DNA of 58,018 bases from a virus (taxonomy: Duplodnaviria; Caudoviricetes): positions 1-58,018 of IMG/VR virus record IMGVR_UViG_3300032335_001124. The stretch is one strand, 5' to 3'. The translations under genes and the position numbers were made by a program. The first letter of the stretch is position 1, and each line of letters starts with the position of its first letter. This document shows, piece after piece, positions 54,872 through 58,018 of this stretch. The notes below the pieces were generated by a model, which was given only the letters and a program-made list of their open reading frames with translations, was not told where the DNA came from and made no database searches.

Positions 54872-54991
54872 ATGGTTTCTTCTTAAAAAATTATAGCCTC
54901 GCTCCTTTGTTTAAACAAATATTAAATTTTTATGAAGCGGCTTGACACTATATTTACACCCATTACATTGACCTTGTAAACGGACTTTCTT

Positions 54992-55771
54992 ATGGACATC
55001 AAGTTCAAATACCAGGGTTGCACCCTGGAAAACCCAGAAGCAGCGGCTTTAATGAAAGCTGCTAAAGCAAAGCAACCTTTTGAGATCGACCTTGAAACTC
55101 TGATCGATGTCAAAATAATGGACAGTGACAAGCTGTTTAGCCTAAGCGTAGAGCAAAAGAGTTCCGCGCTGGCATCCCTAGCTTTTAAGCTAGCTACATC
55201 TGAAAAAGCAACTCCTAAATATTCTGCTTTGGTTAAAAACAAACCAAGCACAAAAAAACTCGAAACATCAAAAGATCCTCTAGACATTGTAGAGGAAATA
55301 AATAAGTCTGTTAGTTACCGTAGTGCAGGCGCAGCTTTATTGCTCCACCTTTGTACAACAACAGATTATCGCGCAATACGCGATATAGCAGTGGAGTTTG
55401 TAAATAAGTGTTCTTCGGAATACCGAATCAAATCCACGTCAGCGGTGTATCGTGGGTTTAAAAAGAACGCTAGTAAAGTATTTGAACCAACTGAACTTTC
55501 TCCCGGAACCCCTCGTCGTGATTCTTTCTACGTCTGCCCTTTATACATCTCTCTTCGTTCGGGCTTGCTCTATTGCGACAGTAATGGGCTGCTGTCTCTT
55601 CGTCAGCAATATTCCTGTGGTTCACGACGAGAGGACGCTAGCTCCAAAGCTGAAGCGATGAAGCGGATGTTCTACACATTTAAACTAACCGACAAGGGAA
55701 ATCAAGTTAAAGAAATGTGGGGAGACATTGAAACATACCTTGTAAACTTCTACAAATCTCGTCAGGCTTGA
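54992..55771 (+). CDS. hypothetical protein, possible C-terminal winged helix
   Basis: TTGACA promoter-like motif at 54942; ends ...YTFKLTDKG. Confidence 0.55.
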   Translation: MDIKFKYQGCTLENPEAAALMKAAKAKQPFEIDLETLIDVKIMDSDKLFSLSVEQKSSALASLAFKLATSEKATPKYSALVKNKPSTKKLETSKDPLDIVEEINKSVSYRSAGAALLLHLCTTTDYRAIRDIAVEFVNKCSSEYRIKSTSAVYRGFKKNASKVFEPTELSPGTPRRDSFYVCPLYISLRSGLLYCDSNGLLSLRQQYSCGSRREDASSKAEAMKRMFYTFKLTDKGNQVKEMWGDIETYLVNFYKSRQA

Positions 55772-55775
55772 TCGA

Positions 55776-56021
55776 ATGGAGACTCTAAATTATCCTAGAA
55801 CTTCGAAAACTCTCACTGAAATTTGTTTCGATGCCTTCAACGAAACTATTGGGGAGTTCATTGACGACTTAGAACCAGAGGAGATTATGGATTGTTTCCG
55901 AGGAGCAATCTGTCATAACATTGATTACCACACGGGTGAGACGGGGAAGTTTATGGAACTACTTTCTTATGTAGTTCCTGAACTGGAAGAAGAATCCGAA
56001 GAGCAAAACGACGTTTATTAA
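55776..56021 (+). CDS. acidic hypothetical protein
   Basis: ORF track. Confidence 0.55.
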   Translation: METLNYPRTSKTLTEICFDAFNETIGEFIDDLEPEEIMDCFRGAICHNIDYHTGETGKFMELLSYVVPELEEESEEQNDVY

Positions 56022-56091
56022 CTTTTAGGTCTGCGGCGTCCTCGCGGTTTGCATTGCGGGGGCGCCTTTACTATTTTCTTTTAAACTTCTA

Positions 56092-57987
56092 ATGCACATC
56101 AACTACATAACAACACCCGATACGTACACCGAAGCCATTGGAATTCTTACCCAACATAAAAAGATTTGCCTTGACTTCGAAACAACAGGGCTACAAGCAA
56201 GATTGGCTAAACCGCGTTTACTCCAGTTGTGTGACAGCAATCCAACTGATGAGGATCGTATTGTTTATGTTTTTGACTTATTTAAAGTTCAAGCTGACAG
56301 CGCGTTAAAGGAGTTAATAGAGTCCCGCGAAATGATAATTGGTCAAAATTTAAATTTTGACTTGCAGTTCTTATATGAGTTAGGAATTGATTTTAAAAAC
56401 AAGATTTATGATACTTACATTGCTGAGCGTGTATTGCGTTCAGGTTTTAAAGAAAAAAAGATTAGTCCTCAAGCTCAAAAACCTTACTTTGCGGATTTGT
56501 CGTGCAGTTTAAAAGCCATCGCACTAAGGCGTCTTAACATTGAACTCGATAAAGAGCAGCGTCGAACAGATTGGTCTCAACCCGAACTAACGTTAGAACA
56601 AATAGAGTATGCAGCAAAAGACGTTGACGTACTGCCACGCATTGCCGCAGATCAACTGGAAGAGCTGCGTGAAGAAAATTTAACTCCTATTTATAGCGTC
56701 GAGTCGCAGTGTGTTCGCCCTGTGGCTTTAATGTGTCACACAGGATTTGGGGTTGATGTAACGAAATTAATGGTGTTGCGTAAACGTATTGAGGATGAAC
56801 TGGTTGCAAAAACCGAACAGTTTATTAACGAACTTGACTCTAGACTTCCAGAAGATTGCAAACTTCCAAGGTCTAGTGACGGTTCTATTGCTGTTGGAAA
56901 AAAACCAAAGAAAGAATTCAACCCCGGATCAACAGCCCAGATTGTCAATGTCTTTAGTTCTTGCAATATCGAGTTGCCTAAAGATGCCACGACGGGCAAG
57001 ACCACGCTTAACCAAATCGCCCTTTCTGAGTTTGATAGCGAAGACTCAACCTTGATTCTGTACCGAGAACGAACTAAAATTGAGACTCGATTAGAGCATG
57101 TAAATAAATTAATTAGTAATATAAACCCTGTAACCCACAGGATACACTCTGGTTACAACCAAGTTGGTGCAAACTCCGGACGTTTTACCAGCAATGGATC
57201 CCCTAAAACAACTAAAACACAGGGAAAAACAGTTTATGCAGTAAACATTCAGCAAGTTCCAAGGTCAAAAGATTTTAGAGAATGCTTTATTGCCGCTCCA
57301 GGTTATAAGTTGGTTATTTGTGACTGGGCTCAAATCGAGTTACGCCTCGGTGCGGAGCTCATAAACATAGCTCAGATGAAAGAAGCTTTTGTTAAAAACA
57401 TCGACTTACACACCCTGACTGCCAGCCTGATATATAAAATTGACATTTCTTTAGTTACAAAAGAGCAGAGGCAAGAAGGTAAGACTCTGAACTTTGCTCT
57501 TTTATACGGTATGGGTTATCGAAAATATAAAACCTATGCTGCTCAAAGCGGGAAGATGATTAGTTTATCGGAAGCTAAAATTGCCCACGCAGCATTTCAC
57601 CTGGCTTACCCTCGCTTAAGGGCGTGGCACCAAGAAAGAGCATCTCTGGTACAAGAGGGTTGGGCTTATATCCGAACAGCTTGCGGAAGACGACGGTTAC
57701 TAAGCTACGATGACGCGACAATGATGTGCAGCGCCAACACACTAATCCAAGGAAGCGGGGCTGATATTTTAAAGTTGGCAATTGCGGATTTAAACAAACA
57801 CTTAAATGAAGATGTTCGACTGGTCGCTGCTGTCCACGACGAATTAGTTTTGGAAGTAAAAGAAGAATTAGCTGAGACTTATAAAGAGATTCTTGAGACA
57901 ACCATGATTAAATCGGCTGAAACAGTTTTAAAATCAGTTCCTTCTTCTGCTGACGCTTCTGTAGGAAGTTCATGGGCCGCAAAATGA
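56092..57987 (+). CDS. polA: family A DNA polymerase with 3'-5' exonuclease (no 5'-3' exonuclease)
   Basis: ExoI DFETTG, ExoII NLNFD, ExoIII YAAKD; motif A DWAQIELR, motif B KTLNFALLYG, motif C VHDEL. Confidence 0.95.
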   Translation: MHINYITTPDTYTEAIGILTQHKKICLDFETTGLQARLAKPRLLQLCDSNPTDEDRIVYVFDLFKVQADSALKELIESREMIIGQNLNFDLQFLYELGIDFKNKIYDTYIAERVLRSGFKEKKISPQAQKPYFADLSCSLKAIALRRLNIELDKEQRRTDWSQPELTLEQIEYAAKDVDVLPRIAADQLEELREENLTPIYSVESQCVRPVALMCHTGFGVDVTKLMVLRKRIEDELVAKTEQFINELDSRLPEDCKLPRSSDGSIAVGKKPKKEFNPGSTAQIVNVFSSCNIELPKDATTGKTTLNQIALSEFDSEDSTLILYRERTKIETRLEHVNKLISNINPVTHRIHSGYNQVGANSGRFTSNGSPKTTKTQGKTVYAVNIQQVPRSKDFRECFIAAPGYKLVICDWAQIELRLGAELINIAQMKEAFVKNIDLHTLTASLIYKIDISLVTKEQRQEGKTLNFALLYGMGYRKYKTYAAQSGKMISLSEAKIAHAAFHLAYPRLRAWHQERASLVQEGWAYIRTACGRRRLLSYDDATMMCSANTLIQGSGADILKLAIADLNKHLNEDVRLVAAVHDELVLEVKEELAETYKEILETTMIKSAETVLKSVPSSADASVGSSWAAK

Positions 57988-58018
57988 CTAAACTTGCAGA
58001 GAAATCTTTATTTTCAAC

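Noticed and set aside
50402-57901. Short antisense and alternative-frame ORFs within the AAA, VWA, 54992..55771 and polA genes
   Set aside because: Shadows of well-supported genes with no motifs or independent start signals.
1-58018. Prophage/integrase module or host chromosomal DNA
   Set aside because: No integrase or host housekeeping genes were seen; HTH genes alone do not establish a temperate lifestyle.

Overview
This window is part of a tailed dsDNA phage genome, very likely a cyanophage. The host inference rests on an NblA-like gene, cyanobacterial-type boxA and Pho-box-like motifs, and small ORFs resembling cyanophage hypotheticals. Positions 1-41 kb hold a mostly minus-strand virion module: tail fibres, lysozyme/M23 protein, major capsid protein, scaffold, portal, terminase and ejection-type proteins. 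That module is interleaved with eight glycan-synthesis or modification genes, Dps, NblA and a small regulatory cluster. Positions 41-42.3 kb are ORF-free and densely structured. Positions 42.3-58 kb are a plus-strand early/replication arm with repeat-bounded small genes, a DUF3150-like protein, RavA/ViaA-like proteins and a family A DNA polymerase. The strongest observations are: (1) the capsid gene is split by two closely related group I introns, one with a LAGLIDADG gene and one with the same core lacking that insert; (2) the terminase intein carries an HNH endonuclease in a different reading frame, giving 903 nt of dual coding; (3) about 700 nt of putative structured RNA follows rRNA-type boxA and Pho-box-like motifs; (4) a possible virion glycosylation system accompanies Ser-Gly-rich structural proteins; (5) a 60-nt tRNA/tmRNA-like element is present. 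All family calls come from motif recognition by eye; no searches or folding programs were run.
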